A stretch of DNA of 63,437 nt, the filler included. It is 11 parts of 11 records of this genome, joined end to end, with 100 filler letters (N's around TTAATTAATTAA, not from the genome) between each part and the next. Parts side by side here need not be neighbours in the genome. Positions count along the whole stretch, not along the records: positions 14,000 to 40,316 come from SRR11831585_422; 10 more parts are not named here. One strand, 5' to 3'. A model generated the notes under the pieces. It ran no database searches. It was not told the origin of the DNA and saw only the letters and a program-made list of their open reading frames with translations. The translations under genes and the position numbers were made by a program. This document shows, piece after piece, positions 26,655-40,316 of the stretch (positions within the stretch are counted from its first letter, which is position 1; the number at the start of each line of letters is the position of its first letter).

Positions 26655-27701
26655 ATGACACAACCAATGCCTGGGAAACCGGCCGAAGACGCTGAAAATG
26701 AACTGGATATTCGTGGGTTGTTTCGTACCTTGTGGGCTGGGAAGCTATGGATTATTGGCATGGGGCTGGCGTTTGCGTTAATCGCGCTGGCGTATACGTT
26801 TTTTGCTCGTCAGGAGTGGAGCTCGACGGCGATTACCGATCGTCCAACGGTGAATATGCTGGGGGGATATTACTCGCAGCAGCAATTTTTGCGTAACCTG
26901 GATGTCCGTTCAAACATGGCTTCTGCCGACCAACCATCGGTCATGGACGAAGCCTATAAAGAGTTTGTTATGCAACTGGCCTCGTGGGATACCCGCAGAG
27001 AGTTCTGGCTGCAAACCGACTATTACAAACAGCGGATGGTGGGCAACAGCAAAGCCGATGCGGCGTTGCTGGATGAAATGATTAACAACATCCAGTTTAT
27101 CCCCGGAGACTTTACCCGCGCGGTCAATGACAGCGTGAAGCTTATTGCCGAAACCGCGCCTGACGCTAATAACCTGTTACGTCAGTATGTTGCTTTTGCC
27201 AGCCAGCGTGCAGCCAGCCATCTGAATGATGAGCTGAAAGGCGCATGGGCGGCGCGTACCATCCAGATGAAAGCTCAGGTGAAGCGTCAGGAAGAGGTGG
27301 CGAAAGCCATCTACGACCGCCGGATGAACAGCATTGAGCAGGCGCTGAAAATTGCTGAGCAGCATAATATTTCGCGCAGTGCGACAGATGTACCTGCCGA
27401 GGAATTACCTGATTCAGAAATGTTCCTGCTTGGGCGTCCAATGCTTCAGGCTCGACTGGAAAATTTACAGGCCGTCGGTCCGGCCTTTGATCTCGACTAT
27501 GATCAGAATCGGGCCATGTTAAACACCCTGAATGTTGGTCCAACCCTGGATCCGCGTTTTCAGACCTATCGCTATTTGCGTACGCCGGAAGAACCGGTAA
27601 AACGCGATAGCCCACGTCGTGCCTTCCTGATGATTATGTGGGGCATTGTCGGGGGGCTGATCGGGGCTGGTGTCGCATTAACCCGCCGTTGCTCGAAATA
27701 G
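26655..27701 (+). CDS. wzzE: ECA chain length modulator
   Basis: Two-TM Wzz architecture, cluster position. Confidence 0.96.
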   Translation: MTQPMPGKPAEDAENELDIRGLFRTLWAGKLWIIGMGLAFALIALAYTFFARQEWSSTAITDRPTVNMLGGYYSQQQFLRNLDVRSNMASADQPSVMDEAYKEFVMQLASWDTRREFWLQTDYYKQRMVGNSKADAALLDEMINNIQFIPGDFTRAVNDSVKLIAETAPDANNLLRQYVAFASQRAASHLNDELKGAWAARTIQMKAQVKRQEEVAKAIYDRRMNSIEQALKIAEQHNISRSATDVPAEELPDSEMFLLGRPMLQARLENLQAVGPAFDLDYDQNRAMLNTLNVGPTLDPRFQTYRYLRTPEEPVKRDSPRRAFLMIMWGIVGGLIGAGVALTRRCSK

Positions 27702-27756
27702 CAACACTGCTGCGGTGAGCGCAAAGGCGCTCGCCGCTTATTCGAAGAGAATCGAT

Positions 27757-28887
27757 GTGAAAGTACTGACTGTATTTGGTACGCGCCCGGAAGCCATCAA
27801 GATGGCGCCGTTGGTGCATGCGTTGGCAAAAGATCCTTTTTTTGAGGCTAAAGTTTGCGTCACTGCGCAGCATCGGGAGATGCTCGATCAGGTGCTGAAA
27901 CTCTTTTCCATTGTACCTGACTACGATCTCAACATAATGCAGCCAGGACAGGGCCTGACAGAGATAACCTGTCGGATTCTGGAAGGGCTAAAACCTATTC
28001 TTGCCGAGTTCAAACCAGACGTCGTGCTGGTTCACGGCGATACGACGACGACGCTGGCAACCAGCCTGGCGGCGTTTTATCAGCGTATTCCTGTTGGTCA
28101 CGTTGAGGCTGGTCTGCGCACGGGCGATCTCTATTCGCCGTGGCCGGAAGAGGCTAACCGTACATTGACCGGGCATCTGGCGATGTATCACTTCTCTCCA
28201 ACCGAAACTTCCCGGCAAAACTTGCTGCGTGAAAACGTTGCGGATAGCCGAATCTTCATTACCGGTAATACAGTCATTGATGCACTGTTATGGGTGCGTG
28301 ACCAGGTGATGAGCAGCGACAAGCTGCGTTCAGAACTGGCGGCAAATTACCCGTTTATCGACCCCGATAAAAAGATGATTCTGGTGACCGGTCACAGGCG
28401 TGAGAGTTTCGGTCGTGGCTTTGAAGAAATCTGCCACGCGCTGGCAGACATCGCCACCACGCACCAGGACATCCAGATTGTCTATCCGGTGCATCTCAAC
28501 CCGAACGTCAGAGAACCGGTCAATCGCATTCTGGGGCATGTGAAAAATGTCATTCTGATCGATCCCCAGGAGTATTTACCGTTTGTCTGGCTGATGAACC
28601 ACGCCTGGCTGATTTTGACCGACTCAGGCGGCATTCAGGAAGAAGCGCCTTCGCTGGGGAAACCTGTGCTGGTGATGCGCGATACCACTGAGCGTCCGGA
28701 AGCGGTGACGGCGGGTACGGTGCGTCTGGTAGGCACGGATAAGCAGCGAATTGTCGAGGAAGTGACGCGTCTTTTAAAAGACGAAAACGAATATCAAGCT
28801 ATGAGCCGCGCCCATAACCCGTATGGTGATGGTCAGGCATGCTCTCGCATTCTGGAAGCGTTAAAAAATAATCGGATATCACTATGA
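27757..28887 (+). CDS. wecB: UDP-GlcNAc 2-epimerase (GTG start)
   Basis: [17 protein letters not shown]. Confidence 0.97.
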   Translation: MKVLTVFGTRPEAIKMAPLVHALAKDPFFEAKVCVTAQHREMLDQVLKLFSIVPDYDLNIMQPGQGLTEITCRILEGLKPILAEFKPDVVLVHGDTTTTLATSLAAFYQRIPVGHVEAGLRTGDLYSPWPEEANRTLTGHLAMYHFSPTETSRQNLLRENVADSRIFITGNTVIDALLWVRDQVMSSDKLRSELAANYPFIDPDKKMILVTGHRRESFGRGFEEICHALADIATTHQDIQIVYPVHLNPNVREPVNRILGHVKNVILIDPQEYLPFVWLMNHAWLILTDSGGIQEEAPSLGKPVLVMRDTTERPEAVTAGTVRLVGTDKQRIVEEVTRLLKDENEYQAMSRAHNPYGDGQACSRILEALKNNRISL

Positions 28888-30146
28888 GTTTTGCGACCAT
28901 TTCTGTTATCGGACTGGGTTATATCGGGCTGCCAACGGCAGCAGCGTTTGCCTCACGGCAAAAACAGGTAATTGGTGTCGATATCAACCAACATGCGGTT
29001 GATACCATCAATCGTGGCGAAATCCATATCGTCGAACCTGATTTGGCGAGTGTAGTAAAAACTGCCGTAGAAGGCGGTTTTTTACGAGCGAGCACGACGC
29101 CAGTTGAAGCGGATGCCTGGCTGATTGCTGTACCCACGCCGTTTAAGGGCGATCATGAGCCAGATATGACCTACGTTGAATCGGCTGCTCGCTCCATTGC
29201 GCCAGTGCTGAAAAAAGGCGCGCTGGTGATCCTTGAATCCACCTCGCCGGTGGGGTCAACCGAGAAGATGGCAGAATGGTTAGCAGAGATGCGTCCGGAT
29301 CTCACTTTCCCGCAGCAGGTGGGCGAGCAGGCGGACGTCAACATTGCTTACTGCCCGGAACGCGTGTTACCAGGACAGGTAATGGTCGAGCTGATTAAAA
29401 ACGATCGCGTGATTGGTGGTATGACGCCGGTTTGTTCGGCCCGCGCCAGCGAACTGTACAAAATTTTCCTCGAAGGTGAGTGTGTCGTCACTAACTCGCG
29501 GACGGCGGAAATGTGTAAGCTCACCGAAAACAGCTTCCGCGATGTGAATATCGCTTTTGCTAATGAATTGTCGCTGATTTGTGCCGATCAGGGGATTAAC
29601 GTCTGGGAACTGATTCGCCTGGCGAATCGTCACCCTCGCGTTAATATTCTTCAGCCTGGCCCTGGCGTGGGCGGTCACTGCATTGCTGTTGATCCGTGGT
29701 TTATCGTGGCACAGAACCCCCAGCAGGCGCGGCTTATCCGTACCGCGCGCGAAGTGAACGATCACAAACCGTTCTGGGTTATCGATCAGGTGAAAGCGGC
29801 GGTGGCTGATTGCCTGGCGGCTACCGATAAACGCGCCAGTGAACTGAAAATCGCCTGCTTTGGTCTGGCGTTTAAACCGAATATTGATGACCTGCGCGAA
29901 AGCCCGGCGATGGAAATCGCTGAACTGATCGCCCAGTGGCATAGCGGCGAAACTCTGGTTGTTGAGCCTAACATCCACCAGTTGCCGAAAAAACTGACCG
30001 GGCTTTGTACTCTGGCGCAGCTTGACGAGGCGCTGGCAACGGCAGACGTGCTGGTGATGCTGGTCGATCATAGTCAGTTCAAAGTTATCAATGGCGACAA
30101 TGTCCATCAGCAGTATGTCGTCGATGCCAAAGGAGTCTGGCGCTGA
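28884..30146 (+). CDS. wecC: UDP-ManNAc dehydrogenase
   Basis: GLGYIG, GGHCI. Confidence 0.97.
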
Positions 30147-31213
30147 TGAGAAAAATTCTGATAACAGGTGGTGCCGGGTTTATTGGCTCGGCGCTGGTGC
30201 GTTATATCATCAACGAAACGAGCGACGCGGTGGTAGTGGTCGATAAGCTGACCTACGCCGGAAACCTGATGTCGCTGGCACCGGTCGCGCAAAGCGAGCG
30301 CTTTGCCTTTGAGAAAGTTGATATCTGCGATCGGGCAGAACTGGCACGCGTATTCACTGAGCATCAGCCAGACTGTGTCATGCATCTGGCAGCCGAAAGC
30401 CATGTTGACCGTTCTATTGACGGCCCGGCAGCGTTTATTGAAACCAACATTGTCGGGACTTATACATTGCTTGAAGCGGCGCGGGCTTACTGGAATGCGC
30501 TGACGGAAGATAAAAAATCAGCGTTCCGTTTTCATCATATCTCCACTGACGAAGTATATGGTGACCTGCACTCGACGGATGATTTCTTCACCGAAACCAC
30601 GCCGTATGCGCCGAGCAGCCCTTATTCCGCGTCAAAAGCCAGCAGCGACCATCTGGTGCGCGCCTGGCTGCGGACCTATGGTCTGCCGACGCTTATCACC
30701 AACTGCTCGAATAACTACGGCCCTTACCACTTTCCGGAAAAACTGATCCCGCTGATGATCCTCAACGCGCTGGCGGGTAAATCGCTGCCGGTATATGGCA
30801 ACGGGCAGCAAATCCGTGACTGGCTGTATGTGGAAGATCACGCCCGCGCGCTGTATTGCGTGGCGACCACCGGGAAAGTCGGTGAAACCTATAATATTGG
30901 TGGTCACAACGAGCGTAAGAATCTCGATGTTGTGGAAACCATTTGCGAGCTGCTGGAAGAACTGGCTCCGAACAAGCCGCACGGCGTGGCGCACTATCGT
31001 GACCTGATCACCTTTGTCGCTGACCGTCCGGGGCATGATCTGCGTTATGCCATTGATGCTTCGAAAATTGCCCGTGAACTTGGCTGGCTGCCGCAGGAAA
31101 CCTTTGAAAGTGGAATGCGTAAAACGGTTCAGTGGTATCTGGCTAATGAAAGCTGGTGGAAGCAGGTGCAGGACGGCAGCTATCAGGGCGAGCGTTTAGG
31201 TCTGAAAGGCTAA
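30146..31213 (+). CDS. rffG: dTDP-glucose 4,6-dehydratase
   Basis: [19 protein letters not shown]. Confidence 0.97.
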
Positions 31214-31231
31214 TTTTCAGCGGAGGCAAAC

Positions 31232-32113
31232 ATGAAAGGTATTATCCTGGCGGGCGGTTCCGGCACCCGATTGCATCCGATTACGCGCGGCGTATCGAAG
31301 CAACTGTTGCCGATTTACGATAAGCCAATGATTTACTATCCGCTGTCGGTGCTGATGCTGGCCGGTATCCGCGAAATTCTCATCATCACTACGCCGGAAG
31401 ATAAAGGTTATTTCCAGCGCCTGCTGGGCGATGGTAGTGAGTTCGGTATCCAGCTGGAATATGCCGAACAGCCCAGCCCGGACGGTCTGGCGCAGGCCTT
31501 TATCATCGGTGAAACCTTCCTTAATGGTGAACCTTCTTGTCTGGTGCTGGGCGATAACATCTTCTTCGGTCAGGGCTTCAGTCCGAAGCTGCGTCATGTT
31601 GCGGCGCGCACCGAAGGGGCGACGGTTTTTGGCTATCAGGTGATGGACCCGGAACGCTTTGGCGTGGTGGAGTTTGACGACAATTTCCGCGCTATCTCGC
31701 TGGAAGAAAAGCCAAAACAGCCGAAGTCAAACTGGGCGGTGACCGGGCTTTATTTCTACGACAGTAAAGTCGTGGAGTACGCAAAGCAGGTGAAGCCGTC
31801 GGAGCGTGGTGAACTGGAGATTACCTCCATCAACCAGATGTACCTCGAGGCGGGCAACCTGACCGTTGAACTGCTCGGGCGCGGATTTGCCTGGCTGGAT
31901 ACCGGCACTCACGACAGCCTGATTGAAGCCAGCACCTTTGTACAGACGGTGGAAAAACGCCAGGGCTTTAAGATTGCCTGCCTGGAAGAGATTGCCTGGC
32001 GTAACGGCTGGCTCGATGACGAGGGTGTGAAGCGTGCTGCCAGTTCATTAGCGAAAACTGGCTACGGCCAATATCTGCTGGAGTTACTTCGTGCCCGTCC
32101 GCGCCAGTATTGA
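31232..32113 (+). CDS. rffH: Glucose-1-phosphate thymidylyltransferase
   Basis: LAGGSGTRL. Confidence 0.97.
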
Positions 32114-32765
32114 GCCACTAACCTGGGAAAACGCCTTCTTTGGTGTTAACAGCGCCATCGTGCGCATTACGTCTGAAGCACCGCTCCTGACGCCAGACGC
32201 GTTAGCGCCGTGGTCACGGGTGCAGGCCAAAATTGCGGCATCAAATACGGGTGAACTGGATGCCCTGCAACAGCTGGGATTCTCCCTGGTAGAAGGTGAA
32301 GTTGATTTGGCGCTACCCGTGAACAATGCCAGTGATAGCGGTGCTGTAGTGGCACAAGAGACCGATATTCCCGCATTACGTCAGTTAGCCAGCGCCGCAT
32401 TTGCGCAAAGCCGTTTTCGTGCGCCGTGGTATGCGCCTGACGCCAGCAGTCGCTTTTATGCACAGTGGATTGAAAATGCCGTGCGCGGCACCTTTGATCA
32501 TCAATGTCTGATTTTACGTGCGGCGTCCGGCGATATTCGCGGCTATGTCTCTTTACGGGAACTCAATGCGACAGATGCGCGAATTGGCCTGCTGGCTGGA
32601 CGCGGTGCAGGTGCTGAGCTGATGCAAACGGCGCTAAACTGGGCGTATGCTCGCGGTAAAACAACTTTGCGGGTGGCGACCCAAATGGGCAACACCGCCG
32701 CGCTTAAACGATACATACAAAGTGGTGCGAATGTAGAAAGCACCGCGTACTGGTTATACAGGTGA
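32091..32765 (+). CDS. wecD: dTDP-fucosamine acetyltransferase
   Basis: GNAT fold, cluster position. Confidence 0.95.
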
Positions 32766-32769
32766 TCAC

Positions 32770-33900
32770 ATGATTCCATTTAACGCACCGCCGGTGGTGG
32801 GAACCGAACTCGACTATATGCAGTCGGCAATGGGTAGCGGCAAACTGTGTGGCGATGGCGGTTTTACCCGTCGCTGCCAGCAGTGGCTGGAGCAACGTTT
32901 TGGCAGCGCCAAAGTGTTACTGACGCCGTCCTGCACCGCTTCGCTGGAGATGGCGGCGCTGCTGCTCGATATCCAGCCTGGCGATGAAGTGATCATGCCG
33001 AGCTACACCTTTGTCTCCACCGCCAATGCCTTTGTGCTGCGTGGCGCAAAAATCGTTTTTGTGGATGTTCGCCCGGACACCATGAACATCGACGAAACGC
33101 TGATTGAAGCGGCGATCACCGACAAAACGCGCGTTATCGTGCCGGTCCATTACGCGGGTGTGGCCTGCGAAATGGACACCATTATGGCGTTGGCGAAAAA
33201 GCATAATTTGTTTGTGGTAGAAGATGCCGCTCAGGGCGTGATGTCCACTTACAAAGGGCGTGCACTGGGAACCATTGGTCATATTGGCTGCTTTAGCTTC
33301 CATGAAACCAAAAACTACACGGCGGGCGGTGAAGGCGGCGCGACGCTGATTAACGATAAAGCGTTAATCGAACGAGCCGAGATCATCCGTGAAAAGGGCA
33401 CTAACCGCAGCCAGTTCTTCCGTGGTCAGGTCGATAAATATACCTGGCGCGATATTGGCTCCAGCTATTTGATGTCCGATCTGCAAGCTGCATACCTGTG
33501 GGCGCAACTGGAAGCAGCGGATCGTATCAACCAGCAACGTCTGGCGCTGTGGCAAAACTACTACGATGCGTTAGCGCCTCTGGCGAAAGCCGGGCGTATC
33601 GAGCTGCCGTCGATTCCCGATGGCTGCGTGCAGAACGCGCATATGTTCTACATTAAACTGCGGGATATTGATGACCGGAGCGCGTTGATTAACTTTCTGA
33701 AAGAAGCGGAAATCATGGCGGTGTTTCATTACATTCCGCTGCACGGTTGCCCTGCGGGGGAACACTTTGGTGAGTTCCACGGTGAAGATCGCTACACCAC
33801 CAAAGAGAGCGAGCGCCTGCTGCGCCTGCCGCTGTTCTACAACCTGTCGCCCGTCAATCAGCGTACGGTAATTGCGACTTTGTTGAACTACTTTTCCTGA
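32770..33900 (+). CDS. wecE: dTDP-4-keto-6-deoxyglucose aminotransferase
   Basis: DegT family EDAAQ, SFHETK. Confidence 0.97.
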   Translation: MIPFNAPPVVGTELDYMQSAMGSGKLCGDGGFTRRCQQWLEQRFGSAKVLLTPSCTASLEMAALLLDIQPGDEVIMPSYTFVSTANAFVLRGAKIVFVDVRPDTMNIDETLIEAAITDKTRVIVPVHYAGVACEMDTIMALAKKHNLFVVEDAAQGVMSTYKGRALGTIGHIGCFSFHETKNYTAGGEGGATLINDKALIERAEIIREKGTNRSQFFRGQVDKYTWRDIGSSYLMSDLQAAYLWAQLEAADRINQQRLALWQNYYDALAPLAKAGRIELPSIPDGCVQNAHMFYIKLRDIDDRSALINFLKEAEIMAVFHYIPLHGCPAGEHFGEFHGEDRYTTKESERLLRLPLFYNLSPVNQRTVIATLLNYFS

Positions 33901-33901
33901 T

Positions 33902-35152
33902 ATGTCGTTGGCAAAAGCGTCCTTGTGGACGGCGGCCAGTACACTGGTCAAGATTGGTGCCGGGTTACTGGTCGGTAAGTTGCTGGCGGTGTCATTTGGT
34001 CCGGCGGGGCTTGGGCTGGCGGCAAATTTCCGCCAGTTGATTACCGTGCTCGGCGTGCTTGCCGGGGCTGGCATCTTTAACGGTGTAACCAAATACGTTG
34101 CCCAGTACCATGATAATCCGCAACAGCTGCGCCGCGTGGTCGGCACTTCATCAGCGATGGTACTTGGTTTCTCTACGCTGATGGCGCTGGTTTTTGTGCT
34201 GGCAGCTGCGCCAATCAGCCAGGGATTGTTTGGTAATACCGACTATCAGGGGCTGGTGCGTTTAGTGGCGCTGGTGCAAATGGGGATCGCCTGGGGCAAC
34301 CTGTTACTGGCGCTGATGAAAGGCTTTCGCGATGCCGCAGGTAATGCGTTATCGCTGATTGTCGGCAGCTTGATTGGCGTTCTCGCGTACTACGTCAGTT
34401 ACCGTTTGGGCGGTTATGAAGGGGCGTTGCTGGGTCTGGCGCTGATTCCCGCGCTGGTGGTAATTCCTGCCGCCATCATGTTGATCAAACGTGGTGTCAT
34501 CCCGTTAAGCTATCTGAAACCCAGCTGGGATAACGGTCTGGCAGGGCAGTTGAGCAAATTTACGCTCATGGCGTTGATTACGTCGGTGACCTTGCCTGTT
34601 GCTTACATCATGATGCGTAAACTGCTGGCGGCGCAGTATAGCTGGGATGAGGTGGGGATCTGGCAAGGGGTGAGCAGTATTTCCGATGCCTACCTGCAAT
34701 TTATTACGGCATCGTTCAGCGTATATTTGCTGCCCACGTTGTCGCGGCTAACGGAAAAGCGCGATATCACCCGGGAAGTGGTTAAATCGCTGAAATTCGT
34801 CTTACCGGCAGTGGCGGCGGCGAGTTTTACCGTCTGGCTGCTGCGTGATTTTGCTATCTGGCTGCTGTTGTCGAATAAATTTACCGCTATGCGCGATCTC
34901 TTTGCCTGGCAGTTAGTGGGTGATGTGTTAAAAGTGGGCGCTTATGTCTTTGGTTATCTGGTGATCGCCAAAGCGTCACTGCGGTTTTATATTCTGGCGG
35001 AAGTCAGCCAGTTCACTTTATTGATGGTATTTGCCCACTGGCTAATCCCTGCGCATGGTGCACTGGGCGCGGCGCAGGCATATATGGCAACTTATATCGT
35101 CTATTTTTCTCTTTGTTGTGGCGTGTTTTTACTCTGGCGTAGGCGGGCATGA
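33902..35152 (+). CDS. wzxE: Lipid III flippase
   Basis: 416-aa multi-TM Wzx-like protein. Confidence 0.96.
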
Positions 35153-36228
35153 CTGTACTGATTCACGTACTGGGATCGGATATCCCTCACCATAACCGAA
35201 CCGTTTTGCGGTTTTTCAATGACGCGCTGGCCGCGACGAGCGAGCACGCGCGCGAGTTTATGGTTGTTGGCAAGGACGACGGCTTAAGTGATAGCTGTCC
35301 GGCGCTTTCTGTGCAATTTTTCCCTGGGAAAAAATCGCTGGCGGAAGCGGTCATCGCGAAAGCAAAAGCTAACCGTCAGCAGCGTTTTTTCTTCCACGGT
35401 CAGTTCAATCCCACACTGTGGCTGGCTCTGCTGAGTGGTGGCATTAAGCCCAGCCAGTTTTTCTGGCATATCTGGGGGGCAGACCTGTATGAGCTTTCCA
35501 GTGGCTTGAGATATAAGCTTTTTTACCCACTACGTCGCCTGGCGCAAAAGCGAGTCGGCTGTGTATTTGCCACCCGCGGCGATTTGAGCTTTTTTGCCAA
35601 AACGCACCCAAAGGTGCGGGGCGAACTGCTGTTCTTCCCGACGCGGATGGACCCTTCGCTCAATACGATGGCGAACGATCGGCAACGTGAAGGGAAAATG
35701 ACCATTCTGGTGGGGAACTCCGGCGACCGCAGCAATGAGCATATTGCTGCCTTGCGCGCCGTTCATCAGCAATTTGGCGATACGGTAAAAGTGGTGGTGC
35801 CGATGGGATATCCGCCTAATAACGAAGCGTACATTGAGGAAGTTCGTCAGGCGGGGCTGGAGTTATTCAGCGAAGAAAATCTACAAATTCTGAGCGAAAA
35901 ACTGGAATTTGACGCCTATCTGGCGCTACTTCGTCAGTGCGATCTTGGTTACTTTATTTTTGCCCGCCAGCAGGGCATTGGTACGCTGTGCTTACTGATT
36001 CAGGCGGGCATTCCTTGTGTGCTTAACCGGGAAAATCCGTTCTGGCAGGATATGACGGAACAACATTTGCCGGTGCTGTTTACTACCGACGATCTCAACG
36101 AGGATATTGTGCGTGAAGCGCAGCGCCAGTTGGCGTCGGTGGATAAAAACACCATTGCCTTCTTTAGCCCTAACTATCTACAAGGCTGGCAGCGGGCGTT
36201 GGCGATTGCCGCCAGGGAGGTCGCATGA
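35149..36228 (+). CDS. wecF: Fuc4NAc transferase
   Basis: [12 protein letters not shown]-terminus, cluster position. Confidence 0.95.
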
Positions 36229-37577
36229 GTCTGCTGCAATTCAGTGGCCTGTTTGTTGTCTGGCTGCTCTGCACGCTGTTTATTGCCACGCTGACCTGGT
36301 TTGAGTTTCGCCGTGTGCGCTTTAACTTCAATGTCTTCTTTTCATTGCTGTTTTTGCTCACCTTTTTCTTCGGCTTCCCGCTGACCAGCGTGCTGGTATT
36401 TCGCTTTGATGTTGGTGTCGCGCCGCCAGAAATCTTGTTGCAGGCGTTGCTTTCTGCGGGCTGCTTCTACGCGGTTTACTATGTCACCTACAAAACCCGC
36501 CTACGCAAACGCGTTGCTGATGTACCGCGCCGTCCGCTGTTTACCATGAACCGCGTGGAGACCAATCTTACGTGGGTGATCCTGATGGGTATCGCGCTGG
36601 TAAGCGTCGGCATCTTCTTCATGCACAACGGCTTTTTGCTGTTCCGGCTTAACTCCTACAGTCAGATCTTTTCCAGTGAAGTCTCCGGCGTGGCGTTAAA
36701 ACGCTTCTTTTACTTTTTCATCCCGGCGATGCTGGTGGTCTACTTTCTGCGCCAGGACAGCAAAGCGTGGCTGTTTTTCCTCGTCAGCACGGTCGCCTTT
36801 GGCTTGCTGACTTATATGATTGTCGGCGGCACTCGCGCCAATATCATCATCGCATTCGCTATCTTCCTGTTTATTGGCATTATTCGCGGCTGGATTTCGT
36901 TGTGGATGCTGGCGGCGGCGGGCGTGCTGGGGATTGTTGGCATGTTCTGGCTGGCACTAAAACGCTATGGAATGAATGTGAGCGGCGATGAAGCGTTCTA
37001 TACGTTTCTCTATCTCACTCGCGACACCTTCTCGCCGTGGGAGAATCTGGCGTTGCTGTTGCAGAACTACGACAACATCGACTTCCAGGGCCTGGCTCCA
37101 ATTGTCCGCGATTTCTATGTCTTTATCCCTTCCTGGCTGTGGCCGGGTCGCCCGAGTATGGTGCTGAACTCAGCCAACTACTTTACCTGGGAAGTGCTGA
37201 ATAACCACTCCGGACTGGCGATCTCGCCTACGCTTATAGGCTCACTGGTGGTGATGGGCGGCGCGTTGTTCATCCCGCTCGGGGCGATCGTGGTTGGTCT
37301 GATCATCAAATGGTTCGACTGGCTGTATGAGCTGGGCAACCGCGAGCCTAATCGCTATAAAGCTGCGATATTGCACAGTTTCTGCTTTGGGGCGATCTTC
37401 AATATGATCGTGCTGGCGCGTGAAGGGCTGGATTCGTTTGTCTCACGCGTGGTCTTTTTTATCGTGGTCTTCGGCGCATGTCTGATGATCGCAAAACTGT
37501 TGTACTGGCTTTTTGAAAGCGCCGGACTCATTCATAAACGTACAAAATCATCGCTCCGGACGCAGGTTGAAGGATAA
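36225..37577 (+). CDS. wzyE: ECA polymerase
   Basis: 450-aa hydrophobic protein, cluster position. Confidence 0.95.
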
Positions 37578-37579
37578 CA

Positions 37580-38320
37580 ATGAATAACAACACCACGGCA
37601 CCAACCTATACGCTGCGTGGCTTACAGTTGATTGGTTGGCGTGATATGCAGCACGCCCTCGATTATCTGTTTGCTGACGGGCAGCTTAAGCAGGGAACGC
37701 TGGTTGCCATTAATGCTGAAAAAATGCTGACTATTGAAGATAACGCCGAGGTCAGGGAGTTAATTAACGCTGCCGAATTTAAATATGCGGATGGCATCAG
37801 CGTTGTACGTTCAGTACGTAAAAAGTACCCGCAGGCGCAGGTTTCCCGCGTTGCCGGTGCCGATCTCTGGGAAGAGCTGATGGCGCGCGCAGGCAAAGAA
37901 GGGACGCCGGTATTTCTTGTGGGCGGTAAACCTGAAGTGCTGGCGCAAACTGAAGCTAAACTGCGCAACCAGTGGAATGTGAATATCGTTGGCAGTCAGG
38001 ATGGTTATTTTAAACCCGAGCAGCGTCAGGCGCTGTTTGAACGCATTCATGCCAGCGGTGCGCAAATCGTCACCGTTGCGATGGGATCGCCAAAGCAGGA
38101 GATCATCATGCGCGACTGCCGTCTGGTACATCCAGATGCGCTGTATATGGGCGTTGGCGGGACTTACGATGTTTTCACCGGTCACGTAAAACGCGCACCG
38201 AAAATCTGGCAAACGCTGGGGCTGGAGTGGCTCTACCGCCTGCTTTCGCAGCCGAGCCGCATTAAGCGTCAGCTTCGTTTGCTGCGTTATTTACGCTGGC
38301 ACTACACCGGCAACCTATGA
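37580..38320 (+). CDS. wecG: UDP-ManNAcA transferase
   Basis: TagA/WecG family RVAGADL, GSPKQE. Confidence 0.96.
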   Translation: MNNNTTAPTYTLRGLQLIGWRDMQHALDYLFADGQLKQGTLVAINAEKMLTIEDNAEVRELINAAEFKYADGISVVRSVRKKYPQAQVSRVAGADLWEELMARAGKEGTPVFLVGGKPEVLAQTEAKLRNQWNVNIVGSQDGYFKPEQRQALFERIHASGAQIVTVAMGSPKQEIIMRDCRLVHPDALYMGVGGTYDVFTGHVKRAPKIWQTLGLEWLYRLLSQPSRIKRQLRLLRYLRWHYTGNL

Positions 38321-38335
38321 TTTTCCTCTCTTTGT

Positions 38336-38378
38336 AAAGCGACGGAGTGGTCACTCCGTCGCCTGTCTGCTTTTTTAT
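38336..38378 (+). terminator. Terminator after the wec operon
   Basis: GCGACGGAGT-GGTC-ACTCCGTCGC hairpin, T tract nearby. Confidence 0.65.
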
Positions 38379-38510
38379 TACACAAAGCATTCAAATTTTT
38401 AATGCTTTATTTGCCATTTCTCCTGAATTACGAAAACATTTGCAACACTCGATGTACCCATAACGATAACCGGTAACACCGGAAAGCATGCAAACACAAC
38501 ACGAGGATTT

Positions 38511-39896
38511 ATGGCAGATAACAAACCAGAGCTACAGCGTGGGCTGGAAGCTCGACATATCGAACTCATCGCCCTGGGGGGCACCATTGGCGTCGGCCTG
38601 TTTATGGGGGCCGCCAGTACCCTGAAATGGGCCGGGCCATCCGTATTGTTGGCCTATATCATCGCCGGGCTGTTCGTCTTTTTCATCATGCGTTCAATGG
38701 GCGAAATGTTGTTCCTCGAACCGGTTACCGGTTCGTTCGCCGTTTATGCGCATCGTTATATGAGCCCGTTCTTTGGCTATCTCACCGCCTGGTCTTACTG
38801 GTTTATGTGGATGGCGGTGGGGATCTCTGAAATCACCGCCATTGGCGTTTATGTCCAGTTCTGGTTCCCGGAGATGGCGCAGTGGATACCCGCATTGATC
38901 GCAGTGGCGCTGGTGGCGTTGGCGAATCTGGCGGCGGTGCGGTTGTACGGCGAAATCGAGTTCTGGTTCGCGATGATCAAAGTCACCACGATTATCGTGA
39001 TGATTGTCATTGGCCTGGGCGTGATTTTCTTTGGCTTTGGCAATGGCGGGCAGTCGATTGGTTTTAGCAATCTCACAGAGCATGGCGGTTTCTTTGCGGG
39101 TGGCTGGAAAGGGTTCCTGACCGCTCTGTGTATTGTGGTGGCGTCCTACCAGGGCGTGGAGCTGATTGGCATTACTGCCGGTGAAGCGAAGAATCCGCAG
39201 GTGACGCTGCGCAGTGCCGTAGGCAAGGTGCTGTGGCGGATCCTGATTTTCTACGTAGGCGCGATTTTCGTTATCGTCACCATCTTCCCGTGGAATGAAA
39301 TAGGCAGCAACGGCAGCCCGTTCGTACTGACTTTTGCCAAAATCGGTATTACCGCAGCGGCGGGCATTATCAACTTTGTGGTGCTGACGGCTGCGCTCTC
39401 TGGCTGTAACAGCGGCATGTACAGTTGCGGACGTATGCTCTACGCACTGGCGAAAAACCGTCAGTTACCGGCGGCAATGGCGAAAGTTTCCCGTCACGGC
39501 GTACCGGTTGCGGGTGTGGCAGTATCTATTGCTATTCTGCTAATTGGCTCATGCCTGAACTACATCATTCCCAATCCGCAGCGTGTGTTTGTCTACGTCT
39601 ACAGTGCCAGCGTGCTTCCGGGGATGGTGCCATGGTTTGTGATATTGATAAGCCAGCTGCGTTTTCGGCGTGCACATAAAGCGGCGATTGCCAGCCATCC
39701 GTTCCGCTCAATCCTGTTCCCGTGGGCCAATTACGTAACAATGGCATTCCTGATTTGCGTTTTGATCGGCATGTACTTTAATGAAGATACGCGTATGTCG
39801 CTGTTTGTTGGCATCATCTTTATGCTGGCGGTGACGGCGATTTATAAAGTTTTTGGCCTTAATCGCCACGGGAAAGCGCATAAACTGGAGGAATAA
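38511..39896 (+). CDS. yifK: APC-family amino acid permease YifK (ThrP)
   Basis: [16 protein letters not shown]. Confidence 0.95.
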
Positions 39897-39948
39897 GCAG
39901 CAAAACGCACAAACCGTAACCAAACGCGCAATTTATTTAAAAAGGGAC

Positions 39949-39985
39949 TAGACAGAGGGGTGGGAAGTCCGTATTATCCACCCCC
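39949..39985 (+). promoter_or_regulatory. argX operon sigma70 promoter
   Basis: TAGACA-17 bp-TATTAT, GC-rich discriminator. Confidence 0.75.
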
Positions 39986-39998
39986 GCAACGGCGCTAA

Positions 39999-40075
<77 letters not shown>

Positions 40076-40132
40076 TTTAGTCCCGGCGCTTGAGCTGCGG
40101 TGGTAGTAATACCGCGTAACAAGATTTGTAGT

Positions 40133-40209
40133 GGTGGCTATAGCTCAGTTGGTAGAGCCCTGGATTGTGATTCCAGTTGTCGTGGGTTCGAATCCCATTA
40201 GCCACCCCA
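40133..40209 (+). tRNA. hisR: tRNA-His(GTG)
   Basis: Anticodon GTG, G-1, CCA end. Confidence 0.97.
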
Positions 40210-40229
40210 TTATTAGAAGTTGTGACAAT

Positions 40230-40316
40230 GCGAAGGTGGCGGAATTGGTAGACGCGCTAGCTTCAGGTGTTAGTGTCCTTACGGACGTGGGGGTTCAAGT
40301 CCCCCCCCTCGCACCA
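40230..40316 (+). tRNA. leuT: tRNA-Leu(CAG)
   Basis: 87 nt, long variable arm, anticodon CAG; contig ends at its CCA. Confidence 0.97.

Noticed and set aside
25540-38320. Polysaccharide cluster as a novel O-antigen or capsule island
   Set aside because: Canonical 12-gene enterobacterial common antigen operon in standard order.
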